Below, piece by piece: positions 9,430-18,801 of a stretch of DNA of 39,812 nucleotides (positions are counted from its first letter, which is position 1; the number at the start of each line of letters is the position of its first letter). The stretch lies in contig JAGLOS010000003.1 in the NCBI GenBank assembly GCA_023137615.1, positions 1-39,812 of the forward strand, written 5' to 3'. Both the position numbers and the translations under genes were made by a program. The DNA is from Minisyncoccota bacterium. Lineage in GTDB: Bacteria > Patescibacteriota > Minisyncoccia > Phycocordibacterales > JAGLOS01. The notes beneath the pieces were generated by a model that was given only the letters and a program-made list of their open reading frames with translations, was not told the DNA's origin and made no database searches.

Positions 9430-11610
9430 ATGAAACTTTTAGTTGTTGAGTCGCCGACAAAAATAAAAACCATTTCCAAGTATTTGGATGACCCGTCATT
9501 TACTGTCAAAGCAAGTGTCGGACACATCCGGGACTTGCCGAAAAGCAATAAAAAAGCCATTGATATAGATGGCGGTTTTGTGCCACATTATGAAACTTCC
9601 AAAGGTAAAGAAAAAGTTATCGCGGAATTAAAAAAATACGCAAAGAAAGCCGATGAGATCCTGCTCGCTACCGACCCCGACCGTGAAGGAGAAGCCATCG
9701 CTTGGCATATTGTGCAAGCATTGGGTATTGAAGGCGACAAGCGGATTAAACGCATTGTTTTCAACGAAATTACCAAATCCGCGGTAGGAGAAGCTCTGAA
9801 AAATCCTCGTACTATTGACCAAGACTTGCGAAAAGCGCAGGAGGCGCGCCGTGTTTTGGATCGTCTCGTGGGATATGACCTATCCGGTCTTATTTGGAAA
9901 AAAGTGCGCTATGGACTTTCTGCCGGACGTGTCCAGTCCCCCGCGCTTCGCATCTTGATGGAACGTGAACGTGAGATTCGCGCATTTGATCCGGAAACAT
10001 TTTGGACAATTACGGCAGAAAACAAAGCATTGAGCGGTTCAACTTTTGAAACAGTTTGCAGTGAAGAACCGCGAGACAAAAAACAAGTGGATGATATTTT
10101 GAAAAAAGGACGCGCGGGCAAATGGTTTGTCCGTGATATTAAAGAAACAGAAGCTAAGCGCACTCCACGCCCGCCATTCACCACTTCCACTCTTCAACAA
10201 ACCGCGAGTTCTCGTCTTGGTTTTGCTCCGTCACGCACCATGGGTGTCGCGCAAAAACTCTACGAAGCTGGTCATATTACATACATGAGAACCGACTCCC
10301 TGACTCTTTCCAAAGAAGCGTTGGGAGCTATCACAAAAACAGTTGCGGAAGAATTTGGCAAAGACTTGCATCAATTCCGAACATACAAAACAAAGTCAAA
10401 GAATGCACAAGAAGCACATGAAGCAATACGTCCATCTCACGTCAACGTAAAGCGCGCCGGAACAACCGACGATCAGAAAAAACTCTATCAACTTATCCGC
10501 GCGCGAACACTCTCCTCACAAATGAGCGACGCGAATATACTGCGAACCAAAGTAACAACAAACACAGAAAAACAAAATGTTCCAGATTTTTCCATCAACG
10601 GTTCGCGTGTTATCTCGCCCGGCTGGCTTCTTGCCGATCCGGCAGCGCGAGGTGAGGATGTTGAACTGCCGGAACTTAAAAAAGATGACAAGATCGAGCT
10701 TCTTTCCATTGATTCGGAAGAAAAACAAACTCAACCACCCAATCGCTACACCGAAGCCGGACTTATCAAAGAGTTGGAAAAACGAGGGATAGGACGACCA
10801 AGTACATATGCGAGTATTATGAGAACGATCGTAGACCGCGGATATGTGGAGAAACAAGGTCGCACACTTTTCCCCACCGACACGGGCGATGTGGTAAGTA
10901 GTTTTCTGGAAGAACATTTTACAAAATATATCAGCGACGATTTCACGGCGCAGATGGAAGATGAGCTTGATGAGATCGCGGAAGGAAAACGTGAATATGC
11001 AAAAATGCTTAAAGAATTTTACACACCGTTTTCAAAAGAAGTAACGTCAAAAGACAAGATTGAGAAAATTACCAATTTGGGTGATGCGCCGGAAGAATTC
11101 AAATGTCCAAAATGCGGAAAAAATATGGTCATCAAACTTGCCAAAAACGGTAAATTCATGAGCTGTTCTGACTTCCCTGATTGTGTAGGAGCAAGAACAA
11201 TTGAAGGAAAAGAATTGGAAGGTCCCAAAGAGATCGGAAAAGATTGCCCAAAATGCAAAGACGGAAAACTGGTAGAACGCGAAGGACGTTTTGGCATGTT
11301 TATCTCATGCAGTAACTATCCAAAATGTAAATACATTGAAGAATCTGAAGAAGAGAAGAAACGAAAATCAACCGGTATAAAATGTCCACTTTGTGACGAC
11401 GGCGAAATGATAGAGCGGCGCGGACGATTTGGATTATTTTACAGTTGCTCAAATTATCCTGACTGCAAGCATGCAATCAAAGCAAAGCCAACAGGTAATT
11501 TTTGTCCTGAATGTGGCGCGCTTATGATGGAGGGAACTAAAACCATCCCGGAGCGTTGTTCTGTAAAGACATGCAAAATGCACAATCCTCATAAATTGGA
11601 TAAAAAATAA
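9430..11610 (+). CDS. topA: DNA topoisomerase I
   Basis: VESPTK, ATDPDREGEAI, SAGRVQS, ITYMRTD, AQEAHEAIRP, GIGRPSTY, C-terminal Zn ribbons. Confidence 0.98.
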   Translation: MKLLVVESPTKIKTISKYLDDPSFTVKASVGHIRDLPKSNKKAIDIDGGFVPHYETSKGKEKVIAELKKYAKKADEILLATDPDREGEAIAWHIVQALGIEGDKRIKRIVFNEITKSAVGEALKNPRTIDQDLRKAQEARRVLDRLVGYDLSGLIWKKVRYGLSAGRVQSPALRILMEREREIRAFDPETFWTITAENKALSGSTFETVCSEEPRDKKQVDDILKKGRAGKWFVRDIKETEAKRTPRPPFTTSTLQQTASSRLGFAPSRTMGVAQKLYEAGHITYMRTDSLTLSKEALGAITKTVAEEFGKDLHQFRTYKTKSKNAQEAHEAIRPSHVNVKRAGTTDDQKKLYQLIRARTLSSQMSDANILRTKVTTNTEKQNVPDFSINGSRVISPGWLLADPAARGEDVELPELKKDDKIELLSIDSEEKQTQPPNRYTEAGLIKELEKRGIGRPSTYASIMRTIVDRGYVEKQGRTLFPTDTGDVVSSFLEEHFTKYISDDFTAQMEDELDEIAEGKREYAKMLKEFYTPFSKEVTSKDKIEKITNLGDAPEEFKCPKCGKNMVIKLAKNGKFMSCSDFPDCVGARTIEGKELEGPKEIGKDCPKCKDGKLVEREGRFGMFISCSNYPKCKYIEESEEEKKRKSTGIKCPLCDDGEMIERRGRFGLFYSCSNYPDCKHAIKAKPTGNFCPECGALMMEGTKTIPERCSVKTCKMHNPHKLDKK

Positions 11611-11699
11611 AATATCGTGGTATCATTAAATCACAAATTAGATGATTGAATTCTCTTAATTTGTAATATCCTAAAAAGAATCCTGAAATTCTGAGACAA

Positions 11700-12368
11700 A
11701 TGAGAGTAAAAACAAACAATAAACTACTAAAAACCATTTATTATCTGGCAAGTATTACACTAATACTTGCCATACTTTGTACACTTTTTTATGTGTTTTG
11801 GTTTTTAAGAGATCCTATAAGAACAGTTCCGGAAGGAAATTTAATCCTAAGTCCTGCTGACGGCAAAGTTGTAAGACTGTTTAAAACAACCGACACCGAG
11901 TCTCTTGATATTGATAAAGGAATATTGGGTGGAATAAAAACGACTGCTTCCGAAATATCAGATTCCGCTTATATTTTGGTAATTATGATGACACCTTTTG
12001 ACGTACATTATCAGAGAGCTCCGATAGAAGGAACTATCAGATCTGTGGAATACAAAGAAGGATCTTTTTTAAATATAATGGATGATGCGAGGTCGTTGGT
12101 TGCTTTTAATAATGAAAAAAATGAAATAGTAATGAGCGGAAACAGAAACGGAGAAGAGTTTGATATAAAAATAATACAAGTAGCGGGATTTTTGGTCAGA
12201 AGAATTGTAGATTATGTTGATGTGTCACAAATAGTGGAAAAAGGTGAACATATCGGGTTAATTAAATTTGGAAGCATGGTTGTTATGATCTTCCCCGACA
12301 CCTTTGATCCAATGGTCTCAGAAGGAGATTATATTTATGGAGCTGAAACCGTTATTGCCGAATACTGA
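11700..12368 (+). CDS. psd: phosphatidylserine decarboxylase family proenzyme (short type)
   Basis: N-terminal TM, FLRDP, SPADGKV, FDVHYQRAPIEG, IKFGS self-cleavage motif. Confidence 0.85.
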   Translation: MRVKTNNKLLKTIYYLASITLILAILCTLFYVFWFLRDPIRTVPEGNLILSPADGKVVRLFKTTDTESLDIDKGILGGIKTTASEISDSAYILVIMMTPFDVHYQRAPIEGTIRSVEYKEGSFLNIMDDARSLVAFNNEKNEIVMSGNRNGEEFDIKIIQVAGFLVRRIVDYVDVSQIVEKGEHIGLIKFGSMVVMIFPDTFDPMVSEGDYIYGAETVIAEY

Positions 12369-12391
12369 TCGTTTACTAAGATCAGATCATT

Positions 12392-12907
12392 ATGGAACAT
12401 ATTAATATTGAAATAAAAACCAGATCAAATGATCAAGATGCGATTAGGAAAATCTTAAGCTCAAAAAATGCTGAGTTCAAAGGAGCTGATCATCAAATTG
12501 ACACTTACTTTAAAATAAATTTTGGCAGATTGAAATTAAGAGAAGGAAAAATTGAAAATCATCTCATTCATTATCAAAGAGAAGACAAAGAAGGTCCAAA
12601 ACGATCAGACGTTATTTTATTTGAGTCTGACCCAAAATCTTCTTTAAAAGAAATTTTGACAAAAGCATTGGGGGTTTTGGTTGTGGTTGATAAAAAAAGA
12701 GAAATATATTTTATAGATAATGTAAAATTTCATATTGATATAGTTGAAAATTTGGGTACGTTTGTTGAAATTGAAGCCATTGATAATGATGGAAACATAG
12801 GTAAAGATAAGTTACTGGAACAATGCCAATTTTTCCTTGACCTGTTTAATATCTCTCAAGAAGATCTGATCCCGGTTTCCTACAGCGATCTATTATTGCA
12901 AAAATAA
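12392..12907 (+). CDS. CYTH-domain protein (class IV adenylate cyclase/CyaB-like)
   Basis: NIEIK, QIDTYF, RLKLRE, KKREIY, HIDIVENLGTFVEIE, SYSDLL. Confidence 0.9.
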   Translation: MEHINIEIKTRSNDQDAIRKILSSKNAEFKGADHQIDTYFKINFGRLKLREGKIENHLIHYQREDKEGPKRSDVILFESDPKSSLKEILTKALGVLVVVDKKREIYFIDNVKFHIDIVENLGTFVEIEAIDNDGNIGKDKLLEQCQFFLDLFNISQEDLIPVSYSDLLLQK

Positions 12908-12972
12908 CAGGCTGTATTTCAACTTAAATTAAAAATCCTTTTGATCTATTGGAAAACAAAAAAACAAAAAAC

Positions 12973-13461
12973 ATGATTATCTTTATAAACGGATCAATAA
13001 ATGCTGGAAAAACCACTGTCGCAAAAATGCTTACGACAAAGATTCCCCAAACTGCTAATATTGAAATGGACGAATTACGTAATTTTATTGATTGGTTGGA
13101 AATTGATAAAGCGATACCGATCAATCTGGAAAACGCAGTTTTAATTATCAAAAATTTTGCCAAACATGACTATAATGTTGTTGTACCCTATCCTCTATCA
13201 CAAGATAATTATGAATACTTGAGCCACGAATTAAGTGATTTTTCCAAACAACTATATTTTTTTACACTGTCTCCAGATATTAAAAAAGCTCAGATGAGCA
13301 CAGAAGACCGAAAAATATCACAATGGGAACACAGCCGCATCCAACATCATTATGATGTTGGCATCAATAACCCCTCCTTTGGTAAAATTATTGATAACAC
13401 CAAACAAACACCTGAAGAAACCGCTAACGAAATTTTGTCGCATTTAACAACTAATAATTAG
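12973..13461 (+). CDS. small P-loop nucleotide kinase-like protein
   Basis: MIIFINGSINAGKTTVA Walker A at the N-terminus; IIDNTKQTPEE C-terminal motif of NMP-kinase-like folds. Confidence 0.8.
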   Translation: MIIFINGSINAGKTTVAKMLTTKIPQTANIEMDELRNFIDWLEIDKAIPINLENAVLIIKNFAKHDYNVVVPYPLSQDNYEYLSHELSDFSKQLYFFTLSPDIKKAQMSTEDRKISQWEHSRIQHHYDVGINNPSFGKIIDNTKQTPEETANEILSHLTTNN

Positions 13462-13471
13462 ACCAAACAAT

Positions 13472-13840
13472 ATGAAAGTAAATTATAAAAGGTATTTTTT
13501 TTATTTATGTAGATGGCAACTAAGTACCCCTCTTTTGGCTGGAGTATTAATATGGTTATCAACATACGATAAATGGACTGCAACAATTATTGCTAACCTT
13601 ATTGGAGGATTGATCTTTTTTTGGGTTGATAGATTTATTTTTAGAACAAATTTTTTGTCTGCTCAGTGGGAGGTCAAAGAAAACATCAAATGTTCTGATT
13701 GCGGAAAAACCACGAGAGGATATAGACTTACAAAAACATCAAATTATGATAAAAGCGAGGATAAAACTCCAAAATTTAGGTGTGAAGAATGTTCTGAGAA
13801 AAAAACTAAATTCCTAAGAGAACAAGGGATAAAAGTATGA
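13472..13840 (+). CDS. hypothetical membrane protein with C-terminal CxxC...CxxC Zn ribbon
   Basis: Two hydrophobic helices, then CSDC and CEEC. Confidence 0.75.
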   Translation: MKVNYKRYFFYLCRWQLSTPLLAGVLIWLSTYDKWTATIIANLIGGLIFFWVDRFIFRTNFLSAQWEVKENIKCSDCGKTTRGYRLTKTSNYDKSEDKTPKFRCEECSEKKTKFLREQGIKV

Positions 13841-13859
13841 AACTATTTTGGATTTTTGT

Positions 13860-13885
13860 TTTACTTAATTTATAAATTAAGTAAA
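13860..13885. repeat. perfect 26-bp palindrome between convergent genes
   Basis: TTTACTTAATTTATAAATTAAGTAAA equals its own reverse complement. Confidence 0.8.
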
Positions 13886-13905
13886 GAATTCAACCTAAAT
13901 AATTT

Positions 13906-14673
13906 TTATTTTAACTCAATGATTATTGGGCAATGGTCAGAGCCGTAAACATTGTCTAAAATATTAGCGCTTTTTAGACGCGGTATTAAATTATTGGAGA
14001 CAAAAAAATAATCTATTCTCCAGCCCACATTGCGGTCTCGGGCGCGAGTTTTCATGTCCCAATATGAGTAAGCATCCGCTTTGTTTGGATAAAAATGACG
14101 GAAAATGTCCGTGTATCCGGCGTTTATAACCTCATCGATCCACGCACGCTCAATCGGCAAGAAGCCGGTATTTTTTTCATTTTCCTTTGATCGCGCAAGA
14201 TCGATCGCCTCATGTGCCGTATTCACATCACCGCAAAAAATAACACTCTTCCCTTCTTTTCGTAAATTTTGTATATACATCAAAAACTCGTCATAAAAAT
14301 CAAGTTTGTATGCAAGTCTTACCGGTCCTCCACCGCCATTTGGAAAATATACATTGAGAAGCACAAAATCCTTAAAGTGCGCCTCGACGATCCTTCCCTC
14401 CTGATCAAATTTCTTAATACCCATACCATACTTCACTTTAAGTGGCTTTTCTCTGGTATAGATCGCAGTACCGCTATAGCCCTTCTTTACTTGCGACCAT
14501 GAAAAGAAAGAATGATATCCTTTAACCTCGCGTACCTCATCGGGCAATTGGTCCGGGTGCGCCTTTGTCTCTTGCAGACAAAAAATATCGGGGTCGAGTT
14601 TTAAAAACTTCTCCCAATACCCATTGCGATGCACCGCCCGCAGACCATTTACATTCCAAGAAACAATTTTCAT
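13906..14673 (-). CDS. xth: exodeoxyribonuclease III / AP endonuclease
   Basis: SWNVNGLRA, CLQETK, GYSGTA, GDVNTAH, GWRIDYF, GSDHCP. Confidence 0.97.
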   Translation of the reverse strand: MKIVSWNVNGLRAVHRNGYWEKFLKLDPDIFCLQETKAHPDQLPDEVREVKGYHSFFSWSQVKKGYSGTAIYTREKPLKVKYGMGIKKFDQEGRIVEAHFKDFVLLNVYFPNGGGGPVRLAYKLDFYDEFLMYIQNLRKEGKSVIFCGDVNTAHEAIDLARSKENEKNTGFLPIERAWIDEVINAGYTDIFRHFYPNKADAYSYWDMKTRARDRNVGWRIDYFFVSNNLIPRLKSANILDNVYGSDHCPIIIELK

Positions 14674-14741
14674 TTCATTACTATATCATGAATTGTTGAT
14701 AAAATTTTGTCATTCGTCGTATTTTATGTAAGAATTGAATT

Positions 14742-16202
14742 ATGTCAGATGTACAAGAAATTATCAGCTTAATGAAAGAACCGTCGAAAGAAAACGTAGC
14801 GCTTACTAAAAAAGCTTATGAATTTTCTCAAAGGGCTCACGAAGGAGATAAACGTTTTAGCGGCGAACCTTATTTTAATCACGCTTTTGAAACCGCAAAG
14901 AATCTTGCGGAATTTGGTATGGATGCACCGTCTATTGCCGCGGGATTTCTGCATGACACACTTGAAGATGGCAACACTGACGAAAAAACACTCGAGAAAG
15001 AGTTCGGGAAAGAGGTCTCTTTCCTCGTCGAAGGAGTAACCAAACTCGGTAAACTAAAATATCGTGGGCTTGAAAGACACGCCGAAAGCTTGCGAAAACT
15101 TTTTATTGCCACAGCAAAAGACGCACGCGTACTTATCATAAAACTCGCCGACCGACTTCACAATGTTTCAACACTTGACGGGCACCCGGAAAAGGAAAAA
15201 CGTTACCGTATCGCCCTCGAAACTCTTGAGATATATGTGCCTCTTGCAGATAGACTTGGTATGGGTCGTCTCCACGGAGAACTTGAAGACTACGTTTTCC
15301 CATATGTATTCCCCGAGGAATATAAAAAAACAAAAGAGATAATGAAGAAAAAAAGGGCTGACCACGAAAAACACCTCGAAAAGTTTCGTCGATCTCTTCA
15401 AAAAGAACTCGCCGGGCATGGAGTAAAAAACTTTAAGACAAGCTATCGTGTCAAACATCTTTACAGTCTTTACAAAAAACTACTTAGAAAAGAGATGGAT
15501 ATCGATAAAATCTATGATATCACGGCACTTCGAATAACTACGGAAACTGTCGGGGAATGCTATCAGGTGCTCGGTATCATACATGGAATATGGAAGCCCC
15601 TGCCCGGTCGTATTAAAGATTACATTGCTCTTCCAAAACCAAATGGATATCAAAGCATTCACACAACCGTCTTTACCGGGGACGGCGCTATCGTTGAAAT
15701 ACAAATACGAACAGAACAAATGCACCGTGAAGCTGAATACGGTATCGCATCACATCTTGCATACAAGAAAGGTTTCTTTGAAAAATTCAAATCTTCAAAA
15801 AACCGTCAAGCTGTACAAAAAAAACTGGGTTGGATCAATGAGCTCATTCAATGGCAAGAGAATGTTAGTGAAAATAAAAAATTCTTAAAGGAGCTTAAAA
15901 TGGACTTTTTTAAACACCGTGTGTTTGTTTTTACTCCTCATGGAGATGCTATTGATCTCCCCGAAGAATCAACTCCGGTTGATTTTGCATATATGATCCA
16001 CTCTGATATTGGAAACCATCTATCTGGGGCAAAAGTAAATGGGAAAATGGCTTCTATCAAAACCAAACTACGCAATGGCGACATTGTATCCATAGAAACC
16101 AAAAAGAACGCCCACCCGTCACGCAAATGGCTTGAATACGTAAAAACCGGTATGGCACAACGCCATATTCGTCTTTGGCTACAAAAAAATCAACAAAATT
16201 AG
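14742..16202 (+). CDS. rel: RelA/SpoT-family (p)ppGpp synthetase/hydrolase (HD-SYNTH-TGS)
   Basis: RFSGEPY, LHDTLED, IKLADRLHN, KPNGYQSIHT, EIQIRT, TGS (TPVDFAYMIHS). Confidence 0.93.
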   Translation: MSDVQEIISLMKEPSKENVALTKKAYEFSQRAHEGDKRFSGEPYFNHAFETAKNLAEFGMDAPSIAAGFLHDTLEDGNTDEKTLEKEFGKEVSFLVEGVTKLGKLKYRGLERHAESLRKLFIATAKDARVLIIKLADRLHNVSTLDGHPEKEKRYRIALETLEIYVPLADRLGMGRLHGELEDYVFPYVFPEEYKKTKEIMKKKRADHEKHLEKFRRSLQKELAGHGVKNFKTSYRVKHLYSLYKKLLRKEMDIDKIYDITALRITTETVGECYQVLGIIHGIWKPLPGRIKDYIALPKPNGYQSIHTTVFTGDGAIVEIQIRTEQMHREAEYGIASHLAYKKGFFEKFKSSKNRQAVQKKLGWINELIQWQENVSENKKFLKELKMDFFKHRVFVFTPHGDAIDLPEESTPVDFAYMIHSDIGNHLSGAKVNGKMASIKTKLRNGDIVSIETKKNAHPSRKWLEYVKTGMAQRHIRLWLQKNQQN

Positions 16203-17611
16203 ACCGAGAAGTTCTTGACCGAATATATGTCGTCATCATCCTCTTCTTCTGTCTGTGGTACCGTATTGGTATCTCCCCCGCTCTTGAGACTTTGTGTAAA
16301 TGAATCGGTATTTTGATCTGTACCTGCCTCCTGTATCAGTTTGTCATTTTCATCAGACGTCTTATTTGGATCTGATAGAATGCTGTTTACTTCTTCTCGA
16401 AACCTCCCAGTGTCAGGCAGTTCAAATTCATCATCTTCTTTGTCTTTCTGTTTGTCATTTTTTTTATCGACTTCGTTGTGTTCGTTGAATGAAGTTGTCT
16501 TTATTTCATCAGTATGAGCCGCCATATCATTATCTTGAGACAAAACACCCGTTTGGTCTGTTTGGTCTTGCTGTTCTCGGGACTCTTCCTTATCCTCATT
16601 TTGCTCTTGCACAACCTCGGGTTGCGACTCTGTTCGGAGTTTTTCATCCGTTGTGTCTTTAGAAAAACGATCTTCTTTTTCAACATTCTCTTCTTCAATA
16701 TCACCGCCTGCGCTGTCAGAACCGGTATGTGAAAATGTTTTTGACAACACTTCAGCATCTACGGTGTTCATGAGCTCAAGAATATTCTTAAGATCCTCCT
16801 CTGAAAAGAAGTCAATTACGATCTTTCCACCCACCTCACGTGACTCGATCTGCACGCGGGTTCCAAGTTGCTCCGTAAGTTCTTTTTCCATTTTGAGAAT
16901 CTCGGGATTAAAATCCCGATTCTTTTTTCTGATCTTATCTTGTGCACAACGACGTGCAATACTTTCTGCGTCACGAACAGTAAGTTTTTTATGCATGACC
17001 TCTTTAAAAAGTGTCAGTTGCTCTTCGGGCTTATCTCTGAGCATCATGATCGGTCGCGCGTGTCCTTCTGTAATTTTGCCCGCAATAAGTGCATCGAGTA
17101 TTTCGTCCGGTAGGGCAAGCAGCCGAAGACTGTTCGAAACGTATTCACGACTTTTACCAACCTTTTTTGCGATCTCTGAATGTTTGTATCCAAATTCCTT
17201 TATAAATTGATGAAATGCTCTTGCTCTGTCTACCGGGTTCAAGTCTTCGCGCTGTAAGTTCTCAATTATTGCAAGCTCCAATTTCATGAGGTTGTTATCC
17301 TCACCTGTTCGAATGACAACAGGAACCTGACCTACACCTGCCAATTTTGAAGCACGCAGACGTCGTTCTCCGGCGATAAGTTCGTACTCAACAGAAATAC
17401 CTCCATCATGTTTTGGAACTTCCCGACGTGTTACCACAAGCGGCTGCAAGACACCATATTGACGAATGGATTCAGAAAGCGCTTCCAGTGCCTCCTTGTC
17501 AAATTCCCGACGTGGCTGATATGGGTTTGGGCTTATTTTATCTACTTCAACCCAGAAGATCGAATTGCTGGCAAGTTGAGTTTTATGTGTTTCGTGAAGT
17601 GATTGAGACAT
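16199..17611 (-). CDS. parB: ParB/Spo0J partition protein with long acidic C-terminal tail
   Basis: PNPYQPRREF, GVLQPLVV, IAGERRLRAS, ENLQREDLN, HTH region, GKITEGHAR. Confidence 0.93.
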   Translation of the reverse strand: MSQSLHETHKTQLASNSIFWVEVDKISPNPYQPRREFDKEALEALSESIRQYGVLQPLVVTRREVPKHDGGISVEYELIAGERRLRASKLAGVGQVPVVIRTGEDNNLMKLELAIIENLQREDLNPVDRARAFHQFIKEFGYKHSEIAKKVGKSREYVSNSLRLLALPDEILDALIAGKITEGHARPIMMLRDKPEEQLTLFKEVMHKKLTVRDAESIARRCAQDKIRKKNRDFNPEILKMEKELTEQLGTRVQIESREVGGKIVIDFFSEEDLKNILELMNTVDAEVLSKTFSHTGSDSAGGDIEEENVEKEDRFSKDTTDEKLRTESQPEVVQEQNEDKEESREQQDQTDQTGVLSQDNDMAAHTDEIKTTSFNEHNEVDKKNDKQKDKEDDEFELPDTGRFREEVNSILSDPNKTSDENDKLIQEAGTDQNTDSFTQSLKSGGDTNTVPQTEEEDDDDIYSVKNFSV

Positions 17612-17712
17612 GAGTTTAAAATATAATCTTCATCTAATATATAGCTATTTTAACATATTCATAAAGACGCGCAAAAACAAAAGAGCGGGGAAAAGAAGTG
17701 TATAAATATGAT

Positions 17713-17805
17713 TAGCTATTAGTTGATAGGTTTTAGGAAATAAAGAAAATGCGCTAAAGCGCATTTTCCAAAAACTAAAAACTACAAGCTAACACCTAAC
17801 ATCTA
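17713..17805. repeat. degenerate heptamer repeats flanking a GC-core hairpin
   Basis: Four TAG-N4 units at 17713-17740, hairpin GAAAATGCGCT-AA-AGCGCATTTTC at 17745-17768, five N4-CTA units at 17771-17805. Confidence 0.6.
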
Positions 17806-17808
17806 AAT

Positions 17809-17914
17809 CGTCATTGCGAGGAGTGATACAAAGCGAAGCGGAGTAAAATGACGAAGCAATCCAGGGTATGGTGGTTGTAACTCTGGATTACTTCGCCTGC
17901 GGCTCGCAATGACG
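17809..17914. repeat. REP/RPE-like palindromic element, copy 1
   Basis: CGTCATTGCGAG...GAAGCAATCCAG...CTGGATTACTTC...CTCGCAATGACG nested inverted repeats. Confidence 0.8.
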
Positions 17915-17988
17915 GACGTAACCGAATTTTCGTCCACGGCTTGCAATGACGGACGTAACCGAATTTTCGTCCACGGCTCGCAATAACG
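17900..17988. repeat. 37-bp tandem repeat (2 copies plus a partial)
   Basis: CGGCTYGCAATGACGGACGTAACCGAATTTTCGTCCA at 17900 and 17937; partial at 17974. Confidence 0.9.
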
Positions 17989-18130
17989 ATGGATTAGCGA
18001 CAATCGATTATTGTTGAATCATTGTATCATTGAAAATTTTTTGTAAATTGAATATTGAACTTTGGTCATTTAAAACATTAACAATATAGAGTACAAGATA
18101 TCTCCACAAGATAACAAAACAACATATCTA

Positions 18131-18769
18131 TTATTCTATCTTCATAGCATCTTCCACGGCAAAATCCCCTATTTTTGTTCGACGCAGTTCTTTTACTGTT
18201 GTCGGCAGGTCAAAAAGTCTTCCAAATTCTTCCGCGACAGATCGAACATACACACCACTTGCCACATCCATTTCAAGCACAACAACATGCTTATCTTTTT
18301 GAAATTCAACAAAACGAACATCGAACACTTCCATATCCCGGACCGGGACAATTATCTTTTTACCTGAACGCGCTTTTTTATACAATGGCACACCGCCTTG
18401 TTTTATTGCAGAATATATAGGTACCGGCAATCTCAACACTCCAACAATCTTTTGCGCCGCTTTTTGCAATACTTCTTCATCGATATCACCAACTTGTTTT
18501 TCTTCCAATATTTCACCCTCAAGATCGCCTGTTGTAGTCTTTTTGCCCAACAACACCTCTACACGATACGTCTTATCCAACCCTATAAGTTTGTGGAGTT
18601 TTTTGGTGCCGGACCCTACCCCAATGATCATAAGTCCTGTCGCAAGCGGATCTAGGGTACCGGCATGCCCCATCTTCCGCACACCGAGCTTTTTACGCAA
18701 TACGCGGATCACATCAAAAGACGAGATGCCTTTTGGTTTGTCGATCAAAATAATATCTTGCACATCCAT
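18131..18769 (-). CDS. truB: tRNA pseudouridine(55) synthase, short form
   Basis: DKPKGISS, GHAGTLDPLATG, PIYSAIK, SGVYVRS, LRRTKIG. Confidence 0.95.
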   Translation of the reverse strand: MDVQDIILIDKPKGISSFDVIRVLRKKLGVRKMGHAGTLDPLATGLMIIGVGSGTKKLHKLIGLDKTYRVEVLLGKKTTTGDLEGEILEEKQVGDIDEEVLQKAAQKIVGVLRLPVPIYSAIKQGGVPLYKKARSGKKIIVPVRDMEVFDVRFVEFQKDKHVVVLEMDVASGVYVRSVAEEFGRLFDLPTTVKELRRTKIGDFAVEDAMKIE

Positions 18770-18801
18770 AATTATATTTTATTGCGGAGCAACGGTCTTC
18801 T

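Noticed and set aside
13837-13875. 12-codon ORF MKLFWIFVLLNL overlapping the previous stop
   Set aside because: Too short and AT-rich to support; it runs into the palindrome.
17900-17988. CRISPR array (37-bp repeat)
   Set aside because: Units are directly adjacent with no spacers, and no cas genes are present.
17803-18003. 66-aa ORF
   Set aside because: Lies entirely within the palindromic element and tandem repeat.
16199-18130. parS site near parB
   Set aside because: No match to TGTTTCACGTGAAACA found by eye.
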